Assembly (NCBI GenBank): GCA_964016885.1
Contig: OZ024740.1
Coordinates: 367,660,001-367,724,000 of the forward strand
DNA: 64,000 nt
Source: Eledone cirrhosa
Lineage: Eukaryota
Direction: 5' to 3'
In this document: one piece after another, positions 25,915 through 40,926 of the stretch
Position numbering within the stretch: position 1 is the first letter of the stretch
Layout: every line of letters starts with the position of its first letter
Translations under genes and position numbers: made by a program
Notes under the pieces: generated by a model
Told to the model about the DNA's origin: nothing
Seen by the model: the letters and a program-made list of their open reading frames with translations, nothing else
Database searches by the model: none

Positions 25915-28900
25915 AACCCCGTGACCAAGAAATACCGGGATGGCGGCCGGCGGGGAATAGCCATGTCTCTAGGGGAGAACGACCCCTCTAGTTTTGGTTG
26001 ACACTCGTTCTAGAAGTGGTAACACGAAAATATTACCCCTTGGCGGATAAGGATAAAACGCGACAAAATAAAGTAGATGTCTAATGATGAAATATCATAC
26101 CGGATCGGCCGTCACCCGGGTAAAAAAGGGCCGCGTCCCTCAGAGAGGAACCAGACTGGGGTCGAAAAATCAGCTAATGGTTCAAACCTTCCCATCACTT
26201 CGGAGCTGGAGACCTCCCATAACCGGAATACTCCTACTGTTGGCCCTCCATGCTCACCACCAAGAAATCCAAAGAAAAAGAGAGAAAAATGGTCAAGGGA
26301 AGATAATAAAGAAGTCCTTGAGGCTTTCTACACTGCCATGTACTACCCATCAAATACATCGAATACAGAGCAAACATATATCAACTGGAAAAAGAAACAT
26401 CCCGAAAACAGAGGCTATATTGACAGTAACAAACTAGCCAATATACGAAGAAATATTGTAAGAAAAAAGTTACTAACTGATATAGAAATTGATCAGATCA
26501 AGCTAGTAGCACAAAGTCAGCGAAGGGAAAATGAAGCATGTGTCAGTGAAAACGAGGTAAACTGTAACACTTCGAATCCCAGAGTTGGGGCGGAATCACT
26601 GGCAACAGAACAAATTAAAGAAAGGAGCGAAAAAGTGGAGGGAGTGCATGCTCAGGATGAAACTCCAAATGAAAATAATGAGATCGTAAATGATAAAGAA
26701 ATGAATGAGAATGAACTTGCCAACTTGAAGGATGAAATTATGATCGAATGGATGAAAATGAAAGAATCTGACATGGGGGGAACGAGACACCCTCCCTAAG
26801 ATCCAGAACTCCAAACAGAACCAAAAGATAATACACCAGACTAACATAATTCTCAAAAACATTATCATCACAAACAAACTAAACATTACTGACTTAAATC
26901 ATCTCTATTATGCACCGGCTAAAGTCACCACTCACTTATGTGGAGTGAAGATGAAAAAACAAAGGAATTCCCACAAGAAATCTACTTGGCAAGATAACAT
27001 CAATCGCCAAATAAACCTTCTCCGATCTGACATAGAAATTTTAACAAACTATAAAGTAGGTGAACATGTTAAACAAACTAAACTTAGAAAATTGAAAAAA
27101 AAGTACAGTATAAGATCAACATGTGACATAGACATGCTGATAGAAACAATCAAGCAAAAAGTGTCGGCCAAAGCTGCTCGTATATGGCGCTTTGAAAAAC
27201 GATCTAGATTCTATAAGGACAATAATATGTTCAAAAACAACCAAAGAAACTTCTACAGAAAAATTGGTAAGTCAACAATAACTGCTAAATCAATACCACC
27301 CAAGGAGGAAGTGCAAGAATTCTGGGAAAAGATCTGGGCCGAAGAAAAAGTTCATAACATACATGCCCCATGGATAGACAGACAAATGAAAGAAACAGCT
27401 CACCTTGAAGAACAAACATGGGAAAATATAACAGTTGAACAGCTGCGCTTGGCTCTAAGAAAAACCAGCAAATGGAAATCCCCAGGAAAAGACAAAATAC
27501 AAAACTTTTGGATAAATGCCTTCACAGAGTCTCATGAGCTGTTAGCCCAACTTTACAATGAAATAGTTAAGGAGCCAGAAAAGATACCATCATGGCTAGT
27601 TAACGGCATTACATTCCTGCTACCGAAGAATGATGAGACAAACAATCCCAAAAATTACAGACCGATAACCTGCTTGACCACAATGTATAAAATTTTAACA
27701 TCAGTCCTAACTGAATACACATATGACCACCTGATAACAAATGACCTATTTCCCATTGAGCAGAAAGGGTGTAAACGAGGCTCATATGGCTGTAAGGATC
27801 AGCTTCTGGTTAACAAAATGATACTGGAAGATTGTCATAATAGACACAAAAATCTGTCGATTGCTTGGATAGATTATAAAAAAGCATTTGATAGTTTGCC
27901 ACACAGTTGGATTGAAAAATGTTTAGAGATTTTCAAAATATCTCCCGTTATCAGGAGGTTTTTGTCATTCAGTATGAGGACATGGAGAACGACACTCCTT
28001 TTGAATAGTGAAACAAAATCACTGGAAGCTGGAGAAGTTAACATTAATTGTGGAATTTTTCAGGGTGACTTTTATCACCGCTTTTATTCTGCATCGCACT
28101 TATACCATTAAGTAAAATGCTCAATGAAACAAAACATGGATATAGAGTCTATGACAAAACCATTAATCACCTGTTCTACATGGATGACCTGAAACTATTT
28201 GCAAAAAATGATGAACAATTGCAAGGGCTATTATCCACTGTGAAGCAGTTCAGTGATGACATTAAAATGGAGTTTGGACTGGATAAATGCGCCAAAGCAA
28301 CGTTCACCAGAGGAAAGCTGCTGAAGAGTTCAGACATTAATCTTGATCGGGGGAACGTGATAAGAGAGCTTGATCAAGAACAAACTTACAAATATCTAGG
28401 TGTTTGTGAAGGAGACGGAATCAAGCACTCGACAATGAGGGAAAGGATAAGGAAGGAATGTTACCGCAGAGTCAGAGAAATCTTAAGAACGGAATTGAAT
28501 GCAAGGAATATGATCGATGCCATAAACACGCTTGCCATACCAGTAGTAACCTACAGTTACAATGTCATCAACTGGTGAAGCACAGAGATCCGTAGGTTCG
28601 ATAAAAAAATTAGAAAACTCTTAACCATGCACAGAATGCATCACCCTAAGGCAGACATAGATAGAATATATCTCCCTAGGAAAGAAGGAGGACGTGGGTT
28701 AATCCAGTTAGACATTGCGTTGAAAACTGCAACAATTGGATTATCCACATATCTAAGGGAATCACATGATTGGATGATCAAACTCGTTTTGAAACACGAA
28801 AGCACCAAAAGATCATATTCCATTACAAAAGATGCACAAAGATACAGTAATGGACTACAAATTTCAGAAGTCCCATTTACTGCTGAAATGGAAAACACAG

Positions 28901-29870
28901 AAAAAGCAAAGCAGGTAAAAGTAACTGCAAAGAAAGAACTGCTACAGAAACTGGCTAAGAAATGGCAAGAAAAGCCTCTGTATGGAAAATACCCAGAGCG
29001 AGCTGACAATCCTGATGTTGACAAAACTTTAACCCATCAGTGGTTGGCATCCTCTGGACTGAAATCGGAGACTGAAGGACTGATTATATCCGCACAAGAT
29101 CAGTGTCTGCCAACAAAAAATTACCAAGCCAACATAATAAAAAATGGGTGCAGCCCATTATGCCGTGTATGCAAAAAACAACCAGAGACCATTGACCATA
29201 TAATTTCAATGTGCAGTCCTATAGCTCCAACCGAATACCTAAACAGGCATGACAGAGCTGCACAATACATACATTGGATAATGTGTAAGCATTTTGACCT
29301 GCCCCATCAAAAGAATTGGTGGGAGCATCAACCACCTCCTATACTTGAAAAAGATCACATCTCAATCTTGTGGAACTTTAGCATCCAAACAGACCGAAAA
29401 ATAGATGCAAATAGACCTGATATAATATTGAAGGACTTTCAAAGGAGAGTATGCCTGCTAATTGATATGTCTGTTCCAATAGACAAGAATGTATCTATAA
29501 AAACATTTGAAAAATTGAGCAAGTATAAGGACCTGGAGATAGAAATTGGAAAAATGTGGAAATTGAGAACTAAAACAATACCAGTGGTTGTAGGCGCTCT
29601 GGGAATGATACCTAAGGGGTCTAACGACTACTTATCGCAAATCCCAGGAAACCCGCGTATAGGAGAAATACAAAAGATAGTACTAATGGGAACTGCCCAT
29701 ATACTAAGGAAGATCCTGTCAATATAAGTACATCACAAGTCTAAACACTAAGGATGCATGTGTGAATATGTGTGTTCTTTCTTGAACATGGCGGACCTTG
29801 TTGTCTCTTGAGGTCACTGGTTGTGACTTGGTGATAACTCGTATAAACATAAAGCAAGATAAATGCAAAT
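25915..29870 (+). mobile_element. R4/Dong-clade non-LTR retrotransposon (RT + CCHC + RLE), apparently full length, disrupted
   Basis: ORF pieces 26077-26799, 26945-28111, 28117-28578, 28627-29727: YRPITCL, WIDYKKAFDS, GIFQGD, LFYMDD, CRVC..H....C, RHD, RPD..D...K..KY; ends in (TAA)n. Confidence 0.92.
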
Positions 29871-29896
29871 AATAATAATAATAATAATAATAATAC

Positions 29897-30675
29897 AGCA
29901 CAAGATCAGTGTCTGTCAACAAAAAATTACCAAGCCAACATAATAAAAAATGGATGCAGCCCATTATGCCGTGTATGCAAAAAACAACCAGAGACCATTG
30001 ACCATATAATTTCAATGTACAGTCCTATAGCTCCAACCAAATACCTAAACAGGCATGACAGCGCTGCACAATACATACATTGGATAATGTGTAAGCATTT
30101 TGACCTGCCCCATCAAAAGAATTGGTGGGAGCATCAACCACCTCCCATACTTGAAAAAGATCACATCTCAATCTTGTGGAACTTTAGCATCCAAACAGAC
30201 CGAAAAATAGATGCAAATAGACCTGATATAATACTGAAGGACTTTAAAAAGAGGGTATGCCTGCTAATTGATATGTTCGTTCCAATAGACAAGAATGTAT
30301 CTATAAAAACATTTGAAAAATTGAGCAAGTATAAGGACATGGAGATAGAAATAGGAAAAATGTGGAAATTGAGAACTAAAACAATATCAGTGGTTGTAGG
30401 CGCTCTAGGAATGATACCTAAGGAGTCTACTGATTACTTATCGCAAATCCCAGGAAACCCGCGTATGGGAGAAATACAAAAGATAGTAATAATAGGAACT
30501 GCCCAAATGCTAAGGAAGATTATGTCAATATAAGTACATCACAAGTCTAAACACCTAAAGATGCATGTGTGAGTATGTATGTTCTTTCTTGAACATGGCG
30601 GACCTTGTTGTCTCTTGAGGTCACTTGTTATGACTTGGTGATAACTCGTATGAACATAAAGCAAGATAAATGCAG
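29897..30675 (+). mobile_element. 5'-truncated second copy of the same R4/Dong element (RLE + 3' UTR) in its (TAA)n tail
   Basis: Near-identical to 29092-29868; ORF 30015-30533. Confidence 0.9.
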
Positions 30676-30677
30676 CT

Positions 30678-30715
<38 letters not shown>

Positions 30716-30724
30716 CATAATGAT

Positions 30725-31105
30725 AATGCTTTCATTATTAACCAGAAGGGTTTACACAAAGTAGATATTAAGGAAAGTACAATACAGGACGGTACAAATG
30801 GGCATTTCTGCGTGTAAAAAAACAAAAAAACAGAGGATGCAATAAAAGAAACATGAAACATTCCCCAATAGGGGGAGACTTCCGAGGGCCATCGTGGCGA
30901 AAGCCCATTAAAAAAAGCTATGGTAACCCTGACCACCAGGGCCAATGTCCTCTCCCAGTTTTCCACCTTCAATTTACAGGCATATACTCAGAGTAGGTCC
31001 ATTCACTCGGGCCATTCTTGCCTCTCTCACCCATCTTTCAACAAAAAGCTGGGAAGAGAGCACTTCCCTCTCTACCCTGATTTTCCTTAACAAATGAAAT
31101 TGGAA
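30725..31105 (-). mobile_element. Tx1/L1-clade LINE 3'-end fragment
   Basis: Matches 46362-46742. Confidence 0.85.
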
Positions 31106-31137
31106 ATAATAATAATAATAATCTTAATAATAATAAT

Positions 31138-34100
31138 GATTTCTTTATTGGCCACAAGGGTTGACATCAAGAAAAACATTACAGACGGCACATGACGGTA
31201 CAAGACGGTACGATGTGGGTTTTGTGCGTGTAAAATGTTTATTATTTATATAAAAAAAGAAAAAAAAAGACATAGAAACATATATATAAACAATAAAAAT
31301 GAAAATTGAAACAATGAAAAATTCCCCAATAGGGGGAAAACATCCGAGGGTTACTCGTGGCGAAAACCACACAAAAGACCACGGCCATCCTGACCATCAG
31401 GGCAAGCGCCCTCTCTCAATTTTTCCATTTCTCAAACTACAGGCGTATATTCAGAGCGGTCCCGTTCACTCGGACCATACTCGCTACATTCACACACCTT
31501 TCAACAAACTTGCTGGAAGGCAGCACTTGCCTCTCCACCATGGTTTTCCTCTTCAAGTGAAAGTTGAAAAAGTTAATTAGGGATTCGCGAAGGGGAAAGT
31601 ATCTGTCTTTAACCTTTTCAATCTTTTCCACCACACAATCTCTTTCGCCATGGCCACCAGTCAGATGAAAGTCGCCTGCCCTTCCTCCTCGAAGGACGAC
31701 GGCGAGACCATCTGTACAATGGACTCAGTCGATAACCGGATCAGTCCTACACGCGACAGCAACTGTTCGACACAGCTCCACAAGTCAGCAATGCTCGGCC
31801 ACTAAACGAGTGCGTGCACGACGGTTTCGTCGCTCTGCGCGCATCTCGGACAGTCTCGGCTGACGACACTTCCATGCCTGTAGAGCTTATCTCGAACCGT
31901 CAACGCTCCCCGGTAGCACTGCCAGGTCAGAGATTTTTGGAAGTTATCCATAGGCCCTGGGCTGAAAGTTCTCCGGAAGAAAGCAAACAGCTGATCTTCG
32001 ACGCCCAGGATCTCTCCGAGAACGTCGTCGCGCTTCCGCTCCACTAGTCCTCTATAGACTGCAGCTCCGTCAAGGAGACGAGCTGTGGGAAAACGTGCCT
32101 GGCGAACGGCGAACACACCTGTTCACCGTCAAGGAAGCACCAGAGATGTCGCAGCCTCAGCGCATGTTTGCGCATCATCAGCCATGGCATGTCCATGTGC
32201 CCGGGTAGGAGCGGCGCGACGAGGCAACAAAGCCACAATTCGGTTTTTGTCTGACCAAAACGGGCGTTGATAGCAGATAGATCGTCTGACCATGGGACCG
32301 CGTCCCTTCCACAAAAGGCGGAAGAGGAGGCGGTCCATTTTTGTGAGAGTTTGGCCGGGGCAAGGGACGACGGTGAGGCGGTAGCAGATGACGGATGCGA
32401 TGTACGCATTCGCCACCTCCGCCCGGCCTTTCAGGGACAGCTTCCTCTCGGCCCATTTCTGGGTAAGGGAGGCCACTCTGCTCGTCACCTTGCCCCAATT
32501 TTTCTCCATCTGGAGGTCCGGTCCGAACCAGACCCGAGCAATTTAACAGGTCCGGCCGTCCAATGCCCTACAACGCTGTCGGACGGCCTGGACTTGCCTC
32601 TCCAGGTGCCGAGCTGCAAGCCCACCGACTTTTCTTGGTTTATCTTTGCTCCTGTCACCGCTTCGTTTCGTTGAGAGTGGTGCCGAGCATTTGGACGTGT
32701 CTGGTGATCGCTACTACCACGGTGACGTCGTTGGCGTAAGCCCACTCGGATTTCCCGCATCCTAGTTCGCGTGGGACGCCCCTCATCGCCCCCAGTTTGT
32801 GCAGTCACGGTTCAAGAGCCTATACGTACAAGAGGAACGAGAGGGGATAACCCTGACGTACTGAGCGCATGAGACTGAACGGTTGCGACTGGAGATCGTT
32901 CACTCTCACAACTGAGCAGATGTCGCTGTACATCGCAATAATCCAACCTCTGAAAACGGGCCTGAAACCGGCTGCCTCGAGGACCGCCGCTAGTTATCGA
33001 TGGTCGACCCTATCGATGCTTTGGATTGATCGAAGTTGATCAGGGCCCCACACGTGCCAGGTTCCTTAGCCACACTCTCTATGATGTAACGCATGAGGTG
33101 TAGGTTGTCGTGTATGGATCTGTTCTGAATGCCGCATGTCTTCGCCTGTCCCACCAGACACTCAACGACAAGCGCCAACCTCGTTGCTAACACCCTAGCC
33201 TAAATCTTGAACTTTGCGATTAGCAGGGTTATGGTCCTGAAGTTATCGATAACATCCCCTCTTGTTCGGGTCTTTTCTCAGCAGCTCCACCGCTCCCCGG
33301 CTCACAATACTGGGAATGATCCTGTTCTGCTGCTAGTTACAGTAGACGTCTGCCAAGAGGTCACTGAACAAGTCAGGCATAAATGCATAAAGCTTGTAGG
33401 GCAGACAATCCAAACATGGCGATTTATTCCTCGTGCAGTTAGCCATCGCTTCCCGTATTTCACCGGCTGTTATTGGCTTTTCGCAACAATGTAATGCGGT
33501 CGTGGTGAGCCGAGGCAGTCCGTCGAGGTATGCACTGAAGTCCATACCCCGATCCGGCCCGCTGCTGCTCCCGAACACTTCAGCAAAGTGCTGCTGAAAA
33601 GCTTCACACATCTGCTCGGGTTCGAGCAACACGCGCCCGTTTTGGTCAGACAAAAACCGAATTGTGGCTTTGTTGCCTCGTCGCGCCGCTCCCACCCGGG
33701 CACATTGGATGGCTTTTGTCCTCTCGTGTTTCAGAGCACGCGATCTAGCTCTGACAACGCAGCCGTCATGTTTTGCGTTGAAGAATTGGTCGAGTGCCAA
33801 TCTCGCCGCAAGCACGTCGGTTGCAATGCCTGTCCTAAACGCCTCTTCTAGCTTTCTGACTAGCTCTCCTTCTACTCTATTTTCCTGTATTACTAGTCCT
33901 TTGCTAAACCTAATCGACTCTACTTTAATTGCCCTTTTCAGGGCGAAACACCACCTGTTGTTGACGACCGCTCTCGTCAAGGCCCGCTTAACTAATATGC
34001 TAATCCGGTCTCTGTAGGCTTTGCGCGCCGGGAAAGAAGCGTTCAGCTTCCCGTAACCGGGTCCTTGTCTATAAAGCCTGTCTATGTCGATCTCACAGAT

Positions 34101-34950
34101 CACAAATTTATGGTATGTGTAGTCGACTATTTTAAATTGTGGACAACTTATACTAGCCTTATCTAGTTCTGCGCAGAATACCGTATCGAGATATTACCTG
34201 GATGACCCGATGTGGTTTGTCCATGTTCACACTGGCACATTCGGGTGATCCAGTCGATACCTGTCAGACAGTTCAAAACGTCTGAGCAGGTTGGTGAGGC
34301 GCTTGCACCCTCTTCCCCTATCCACTAGCCCCACACAATCCCGGCGTACATCCATGATACCGTTCCAGTCGCCCACTAACACTAAAGAGCGGGACGTTCC
34401 AAAAAAGGTCTCTAGACATCTGAAGAAATCAGACCGTCCTGCCCCAGTTGAGGCGTAGACGGCTACTAGCCTGAAAGCATTGCCTTCGCTGTCGGTCACG
34501 TCCAGCACCATCGACTTACCTTCTGGGTCCAGGAAGATGGCCCCTATGTCGAGATTGAAGCCTCTCCGAAAAACGATGGCAACCCCTCCCCCCGACCCTG
34601 GACGGCTGGGAGATGCGTATACATCGTAGCCGCCGAAGTTCGCTGCGAAGGCTCGTGCTTCGGAGAACCTGGTCTCGCTGAATGCCGCCACATCTATGTT
34701 TAGTGACCTGAGGTCGTTGAGCAGGTGACCCTGCTTCCAAGATGACCCCAGGCCACGTGCATTTATACTGCCCACTCTAAGTACGACCATGTTGGATGAG
34801 AAACGGGGCAAGTAAGAAAGGGTTACTTATCTTGATCGAGTGGTGAAGGGTGTTTCCAAGATGATGCCAGTGTATATCCTCTTGGTAACCGACCCTCTGA
34901 AGTCTCCAACTACGTTGGGGGATTTTTGTTTAAAAGTTTGTACTGTTCTA
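31138..34950 (-). mobile_element. Tx1/L1-clade LINE, 5'-truncated (ORF1 end, APE, RT, zf-RVT), degenerate; distinct subfamily
   Basis: GSINARGL..SETR..GDWN (34227-34811), GYGKLN, RSIHDNL..DQSKA, CPRC..ETVVHAL. Confidence 0.9.
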
Positions 34951-34972
34951 TTTTGATATCAATGATGCTTAA

Positions 34973-35163
34973 TAATTGTTTTTACTTTTGGCAGAAGGCC
35001 AGCAATTATCCAGTGCATTACTGGTACTTTATTTTATCGACCCCGTAAGGATGAAAGGCAAAGTTAACTTCGGCGAGATTTGAACTCAGAATGGAAAGGG
35101 CCGTAACTCTTTGCGTCAAAGCATAGCGTCCGACCCTCTACCGATACTGCCAATCCACCGCCA
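34973..35163 (-). mobile_element. Meta-domain SINE
   Basis: Family match. Confidence 0.85.
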
Positions 35164-35356
35164 ATCCACTGCCAATCCACCGCCAATGATGCTTAATAAT
35201 CACCACTGCATTACTGGTACTTTATTTTATCTGCCCCATAATAATAATAATACAAGGACGATTGGTTACTCCTTCATTACATTTATTGGTTGTTGACGCG
35301 CGTTTCGCTACTGATCAGCCCAAGGTTCGATCTGTATCGATCTGGCATGACTCTGG

Positions 35357-35424
<68 letters not shown>

Positions 35425-36177
35425 ATATATATATATGAAGAGATGAAGAGAGAGATAGAGAGAAAAAGAGAGAGAGAGGGAGAAAGAGAAATAGAGACAG
35501 AGAGAGAAATGAGAGAGAGAGAGAGTAAAAGGAAAGAGAGAGAACAGAGAGAGAGTGAGAGAGAGACTGTGTTGAGATTAGAGAGACGATTAGTCATGGG
35601 AATATTCAATGCGTGGGGGGTGGAGAGTTGGTATAGAGATATGTAAAATCCCGACCACGGTACCGTGGTCTGGACTTTCTCTCTCTGTCTCTTTCTCTCT
35701 CTCTTTCTATCTCTCTCTTTATATATATATATATATATATAGTTTTGCGAGATTTTTGATATGAAAGCGTGTGTCGAAACAAATATTGTTATACTTGGGG
35801 AGGGTCATATTTGTTTAATAATATTGCTGGAATTAATAACAGAACACACTCACTGTTTGGTTGGTTTTCGCTTCCGTGTCTTTTATATCGTTTAATTTAA
35901 TTTATTCGGTCCTAAATGTTACCATTGGTTGAACAACGGTAAAAAAAAAAGATATAATATAGACACAAACACATATATATAGTCTAACAAAGTTCTTTCG
36001 TTGCATATCTGCAACATCGTCAGTGGTGCTATTATGTTTCCTCCTGTTGTATTGTATGCCTACGCCATCTTTATTTAGTCTGTTTATTTATTTATTTATT
36101 TATTTATTGTCTTCTCTGCGCATGCGTTTGCGTGTCTGTCTCTCTCTCTCTCCCCCTCTCCCTCTCTCTGCATATAT

Positions 36178-36372
36178 AATTGTTTCTACTTAAGGCACAA
36201 GGCCAGCAATTACCCAGTGCATTACTGGTACTTTATTTTATCTACCCCGTAAGGATGAAAGCCAAAGTCAACCTCGGCGGGATTTGAACTCAGATCGTAA
36301 AGGGACGTAACTATGCTGGAAAGCATGGCGTCCGACCCTCTACCAATACTGCCAATCCACCGCCCTCACTGC

Positions 36373-36414
<42 letters not shown>

Positions 36415-36563
36415 TGCTTCTACTTTTGGCACACGGCCAGCAATTACCCAGTACATTACTGGTACTTTATTTTATCTACCCCGTTAGGATGAAAGGCAAA
36501 GTTAACATTGGCGGGATTTGAACTCAGACCGTAAAGGGACGTAACTATGCTGGAAGGCATGGC
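36178..36563 (-). mobile_element. Two tandem Meta-domain SINEs separated by (TAA)n
   Basis: 36178-36365 and 36411-36563. Confidence 0.85.
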
Positions 36564-36634
36564 AATAATACTATTGAAAAAACATTCCAGAAAAATCATT
36601 TTTTAGACCAAGGCTACAGGACCCACGACACCCG

Positions 36635-38874
36635 GTGGCACAAACCGATTTTGAAAAACCGAAAATAATCAACCTTTCAAATACAAATCTCTCAGCCCAA
36701 CAAGTAAAAATTCTCTCCAAAGGACTGAAATTCACACCAACACCACAATACTCAAACCTCAGTGAGATAAATGACGATATCTCACACTTCTGTAGAAAAT
36801 TACGTCTCACAGAGGAATTCTTTGACAAGGAGAATAACGACCAATCAATTGTACGGAATAAAAGCAGCTACAACCCAACAAAAGGTAGAAACAGAGTTCT
36901 GTACACATTTTGTGACCACATAGCTACTTTCCCATACCATGAACTACCGCAATCTGAACCCAAACCCAACACGAGTCGAAGGGAATGGGAGATTATCCAT
37001 GAACTAAAAAACAATACGGACATTATAATTAAGGAAGCGGACAAGGGAAGTACTGTTGTCATCATGATGCTGAAAAAATAAAAATTCTATGTTCCCTCTC
37101 TTACAAAATACTAATTACTATGAAAGAGTAAAAAACTACCAGCAATCAAAAACAATTAAACACACTGATTTGTCGATACCAGGAAGACTTAACTATAAAG
37201 GAACGCGATTATTTAACACATTTTGAATACAAAACCATCAAACTTTAATGACTTCCAAGATCTACAAGTGTAAAATAATTAACGATGCCTGTAAACAGTC
37301 CACCTCAGCCTGCGTGAACACACAATACCCCACAGACCTTAAATTAAGATCAATTGTAGCGGGCCCACAATGTGAAACACACAGACTGAGAAACTTTATA
37401 GACATACTACAAAAACCAATTCTCAAACACATACCAAGCCTTGTAAGAGACGATCTGGACCTCTTAAACCACCTCCCCAAACATGTCAACAACGACATTA
37501 TTATTATGTCTTTCGATGTAGTAAATATCTACACAACGATCCCACACCATTACGGACTAGAAGCAATATGATTCTGGCTAGAGAAATATCCTAGTGAGAT
37601 ACCTGGCAGAATAGAAAAAAGCTTCATCAACGAGGGATTAAAATTTATTTTACAGAACAATTTTTTGATTACGATGGCAGTACTTACAAGCAAATATCGG
37701 GGACTGCTATGGGTACAAAAGCCACTCCAACTTATGCCAACTTAGTCATGGCATACTTAGAAGTCCAGATAAAATACGGATTGAACTTCCACAAATATTT
37801 ATCAGAGAATTGGAAACGCCACTTGGATGATTGTCTCATTTTTGTCCCACACACTCGACCAACTGAAGGATTTCAAAAACGTAATAAACGGCATCAATAA
37901 CAACATCCAATTAACAATGAAATACAGCCAAGATCAACTCCCATTTATGGACATCTTAATCTTATAAAAAGACACAAATATTGAAACTGACATACACTGC
38001 AAACCAACAGATTCCAAACAATAACTGCTATTCACCTCCAACCATCCAGAGCACACGAAGACGAACATTCCTTTTAACCTAGCAAAAAGAATTTGCACAA
38101 TTGTCTTCAATTATGAAACGCGAAATAAAAGACTTCATGAATTTATAGGAAATTCTACTCGAAAGAGAGTACCCACCATTACTAATAAATAATGGAATAG
38201 AAAGGGCTACAGCAATGGACATTGATGAATAACGAAAACAGAAACAAATTCAAGTTACGTCCAATATTCTATCATATATCTCAACACACAACCCAAGAAA
38301 TGCAGAAGCTTACAACCCTATTCACAAAAATATCCCACTACTAAAACAAGACCCAAGAATGAAAAAAGCCCTTGAAACACACAAAATAATCAAAAGCAAA
38401 AGACAACCGAAATCACTGAAAACATTACTCACCAATGCCAAATTATCTACCAGAAACCCACAACCAACTGTCAAAAAGTGTGGTCGCTCTAATTGTGGAA
38501 CCTGCACTCACCTCATTGAAGGCAACACGTATACATTTAAATCAAGACAAGCATTTGCTGTGAAAAATCACTTCACTTGCTCATCAAAAAATCTAATTCA
38601 TGCCATTAAATGTAAAGGATGCAATGAAGATTTTATAGGACAAACTAAACTCACACTCAGAAACAGAATGACAGTTAATCGCCAACAATTACGAGATCCA
38701 ACCACGAGACAGATACCACTAAGCGCACATCTAGACATATGCGCAAGTAATAAGACAGCCAAATTCCAAGTCTTCCCATTTTACCTTTGCGCTGACAATA
38801 CAACAGAACAAATACGAATAAATAAGGAAAATATGTTTATTAAAAAATATAGACCAGCAATAAATATGGTTTAA
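36635..38874 (+). pseudogene. Penelope-like element, Neptune-type RT + Zn linker + GIY-YIG, disrupted; long 3' region to ~40500
   Basis: IINLS..LSKGLKFTPTP, IKEADKG, FDVVNIYT, AMGT..PTYANL, WKRHLDD, CGRSNCGTC, NLIHAIKC..C...FIGQT. Confidence 0.88.
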
Positions 38875-39081
38875 TATACATTATGTCAACACCATAACAT
38901 GCTAACGATCCAAACAGACACATAAACACACACAAACACCTGCTACTTTAGAAAATAAAAACCAGAACTAAATAAACCTTAACATACGTTTGCACTGACA
39001 ATACAACGGAACAAATACGTATAAGTAAGGAAAATATCTCCATTCAAAAATATTGCAACTAGTGGAATCATTTTCCTACCT

Positions 39082-39158
<77 letters not shown>

Positions 39159-39510
39159 ATATATATATTCTCTTCATCTTAAAATCCTAACAATACTCCC
39201 ACACAGACATAACATCCATACACACACATAACTCCCCCCCCCCACACACACACAACTGCCTCCCCCATTTCTACTAATAGAATAACTTTCCTACTCACAT
39301 ATATACACACACACACAAAATATATATTTTCTCTCCAACTTAACATACTCCCACACACACACATACGCATAACACCCATATACACACACACACACACATA
39401 ACACCCATATACATACACACACACACAACTCCCTCTTCCATTTCTACTAATAGAAACATCTTCCTATACACACACAGACACAGACACACACATACACACA
39501 ATCACACTAC

Positions 39511-39821
39511 TAAACATACATATCTTTACTTTCTTAATTTCAATAGAAAATCGGAATTCTGATACCCCAGCGAACTAACCACATTCACTGAACCAGACAA
39601 TTCTCCCATCCCATTTCTCTTGACCATTATCTTTTGCTGTCATAAAAGTCTCTAAAAAGGGTACAGAATAAATTTCCACATACGGGCGCGAAATTTAATG
39701 AAAACTTGTTCACGTGACAGTTATAATTTCATTTATAACCAATCGAATTACGTTTATTAAAAAAAGCCTTCGTCAGCCCCCTATTTTTAAAGTAAAAATA
39801 GATTCAAACACACACACGCAC

Positions 39822-39860
<39 letters not shown>

Positions 39861-40180
39861 ACACACAAGCACACACATAAACATACATATCTTTACTTTC
39901 TTTATTTCAATAGAAAATCTGAATTCTGACACCCCAACGAACTAACCATATTCACTGAACCAGAACAATTCTCCCATCCCATTTTTCTTGACCATTATCT
40001 TTTGTTTGTCATAAAATTCTCTAAAAAGGGTACAGAATAAATTTCCAAATACGGGCGCGAAACTTAATGAAAACTTGTTCACATGACAGCCATAATTTCA
40101 TTTATAACCAATCAAATTACGTTTATTAAAAAAAAACGTTCGTGAGCCCCGTTTTTTTAAAGTAAAATGAAATTCAAACA
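39511..40180 (+). repeat. Tandem duplication (~367-bp period) in the PLE 3' region
   Basis: taaacatacatatctttactttct at 39511 and 39878, with colinear sequence after. Confidence 0.85.
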
Positions 40181-40391
40181 CTCATATATAAAAAAAACAA
40201 CCTGAGCCCCCCACTTGTTTGAAGAACTTTGTAACGCGAACTGGCGCGAAATTAATTATAATTGTTGACCAACCAATCAAATTACTTCTCTAAAAACCTG
40301 ACGTTTCGAGCCACTTTATTCCATATAAACAAGTAACATTCAAAGACCACCCATATGTGAGAAAAACCACAGACCCTCCATCTGAACTCTA

Positions 40392-40427
40392 CTTTTGAAA
40401 AGCATAAGAAGTGCGAAACCGGTAAAG
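40392..40427 (+). ncRNA. Minimal type I hammerhead, UUGAAAA core, near the PLE 3' end
   Basis: ctt TTGAAAA gcat aagaa gtgc GAAAC CG GTA aag, followed by aataaa. Confidence 0.75.
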
Positions 40428-40498
40428 GACCCAAATAAATATATATATTTAAAAAAAATAAGATTCCAGTTGCATTTTCGATTTCATCTTTTTTTCTT

Positions 40499-40608
<110 letters not shown>

Positions 40609-40612
40609 TACT

Positions 40613-40926
40613 CGGGTGTGTATGATTGTGTATAGAAGATTATATTAATAAAAGGTATTCCAACTTTGTCTGATTTACTCGTTTTATTTACAATCCTTTA
40701 AAATTTATAATGGTATTAGAATGAAATAGTATGGTAGAATATTAAATGTTAAGTGTTAATGGAACAAGTACTTTCATGCTTTCGCAATCTTCAGGTTCAT
40801 AATGTGTGGTGACAGTCAAGTGTGCAATTTTAATATTCTACCATACTATTTCATTCTGATACCATTATAAATTTTAAAGGATTGTAAATAAAACGAATAA
40901 ATCAGACAAAATTTGAATTCCTTTTA

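Noticed and set aside
28576-28578. In-frame TGA in the R4 ORF as programmed readthrough
   Set aside because: The same copy has other stops and frameshifts; simple decay is more likely
35985-36030. CTGACGA-tgttgc/gcaac-GAAA on the minus strand; similar partial hits at 6050-6080, 6540-6590, 12225 and 22970
   Set aside because: Stem I, stem III or half of the core is missing; remnants at best
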